From positions 1 to 64,000 of the forward strand of contig NIVC01000021.1 in NCBI GenBank assembly GCA_002269645.1: a DNA stretch of 64,000 nt, read 5' to 3'. The DNA comes from Macrostomum lignano. Taxonomy: Eukaryota. The notes beneath the pieces were generated by a model. It had not been told where the DNA came from, did not search any database, and worked only from the letters and a program-made list of their open reading frames with translations. Position numbers and translations under genes: made by a program. This document shows, piece after piece, positions 63,570 to 64,000 of this stretch. Position 1 is the first letter of the stretch. Every line of letters starts with the position of its first letter.

Positions 63570-64000
63570 ATGAAAGACATTTATGTTTGTAATAAATGTA
63601 ATGTGACTATGCACAGAGGGCAAACAGCAAACGGAGATATATATCATATGTGTTATTCATGTTCTAAAATATATCAATTTGAAAAAACAAAAAAGATTGA
63701 AAACTCATATTACTATTTTAAAAACACAATTTTAAGAAATCTTACAAGAGACATTTCTGATCCAATTTTAATTCCCGGAAATAATGTTTATTTATATAAT
63801 AACTTTTTCCATTTAAATAAAGGAAAGGGATTAAGTTCGAAAGACTCTGAAAGGATTTTAATTTTAGTTGGATATTATTTCAATTTTCTTATTCGAGAGA
63901 ATACAAAGTTTATAAGGATAGGTAACATACCTAACGAAATGTTATTGAAAAAGTCATTGGAATTTTTATGTATTGATAAAAAATTTAAACCTAGGATCAG
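63570..64000 (+). CDS. Polinton hypothetical protein with CxxC...CxxC zinc-ribbon-like N-terminus; runs off the window and is absent from the ORF track
   Basis: Hand translation from AAAAATG at 63570: MKDIYVCNKCNVTMHRGQTANGDIYHMCYSCSKIYQFEK..., open to 64000; divergent from the ORF starting at 63543. Confidence 0.65.
   Translation, partial: MKDIYVCNKCNVTMHRGQTANGDIYHMCYSCSKIYQFEKTKKIENSYYYFKNTILRNLTRDISDPILIPGNNVYLYNNFFHLNKGKGLSSKDSERILILVGYYFNFLIRENTKFIRIGNIPNEMLLKKSLEFLCIDKKFKPRI

Larger units (their letters stand above)
56923..64000 (+). mobile_element. Polinton/Maverick (adintovirus-like) endogenous virus, left part; continues beyond the window
   Basis: AGTAGT terminus; abrupt switch to AT-rich, intronless, tightly packed ORFs, each with an AAAATG start; protein-primed PolB; core-protein-like ORFs. 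Integrase, ATPase, capsid and protease genes are not in the window. Confidence 0.9.

Overview
Eukaryotic (metazoan) genomic DNA with GC-rich spliced genes, AT-rich spacers and about 13 kb (rough tally) of mini/microsatellites, many filling introns. The style suggests a free-living flatworm such as Macrostomum (inference only). Host genes: (1) a secreted PAN-like/LamG-like protein; (2) an HMG20-like HMG-box gene; (3) a ~2,130-aa CUB/C-type-lectin/LDLa/LRR GRL101-like GPCR, for which all 7 exons could be phased; (4) a secreted His-rich protein with three HGVLMHGD repeats; (5) a small membrane protein; (6) a low-complexity plus-strand gene; (7) ATG3; (8) two tandem PAN/LamG paralogs with a mosaic of identical and highly diverged blocks, plus relic fragments. 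Mobile DNA: two Penelope-like elements each ending in a minimal hammerhead ribozyme (one with a twin-priming-like 5' inversion and a nested TIR transposon), tRNA-derived SINEs, fold-back MITEs and an RTE-like LINE scrap. From 56923 to the window end lies a Polinton/Maverick (adintovirus-like) endogenous virus with protein-primed PolB, core-like proteins carrying repeated GxG motifs, and an unusual self-inverted, multi-hairpin left terminus. Seven genes each need exactly one missing base restored, which suggests assembly deletion errors, so the viral polymerase may be intact. All coordinates and alignments were read by eye; array ends are approximate.
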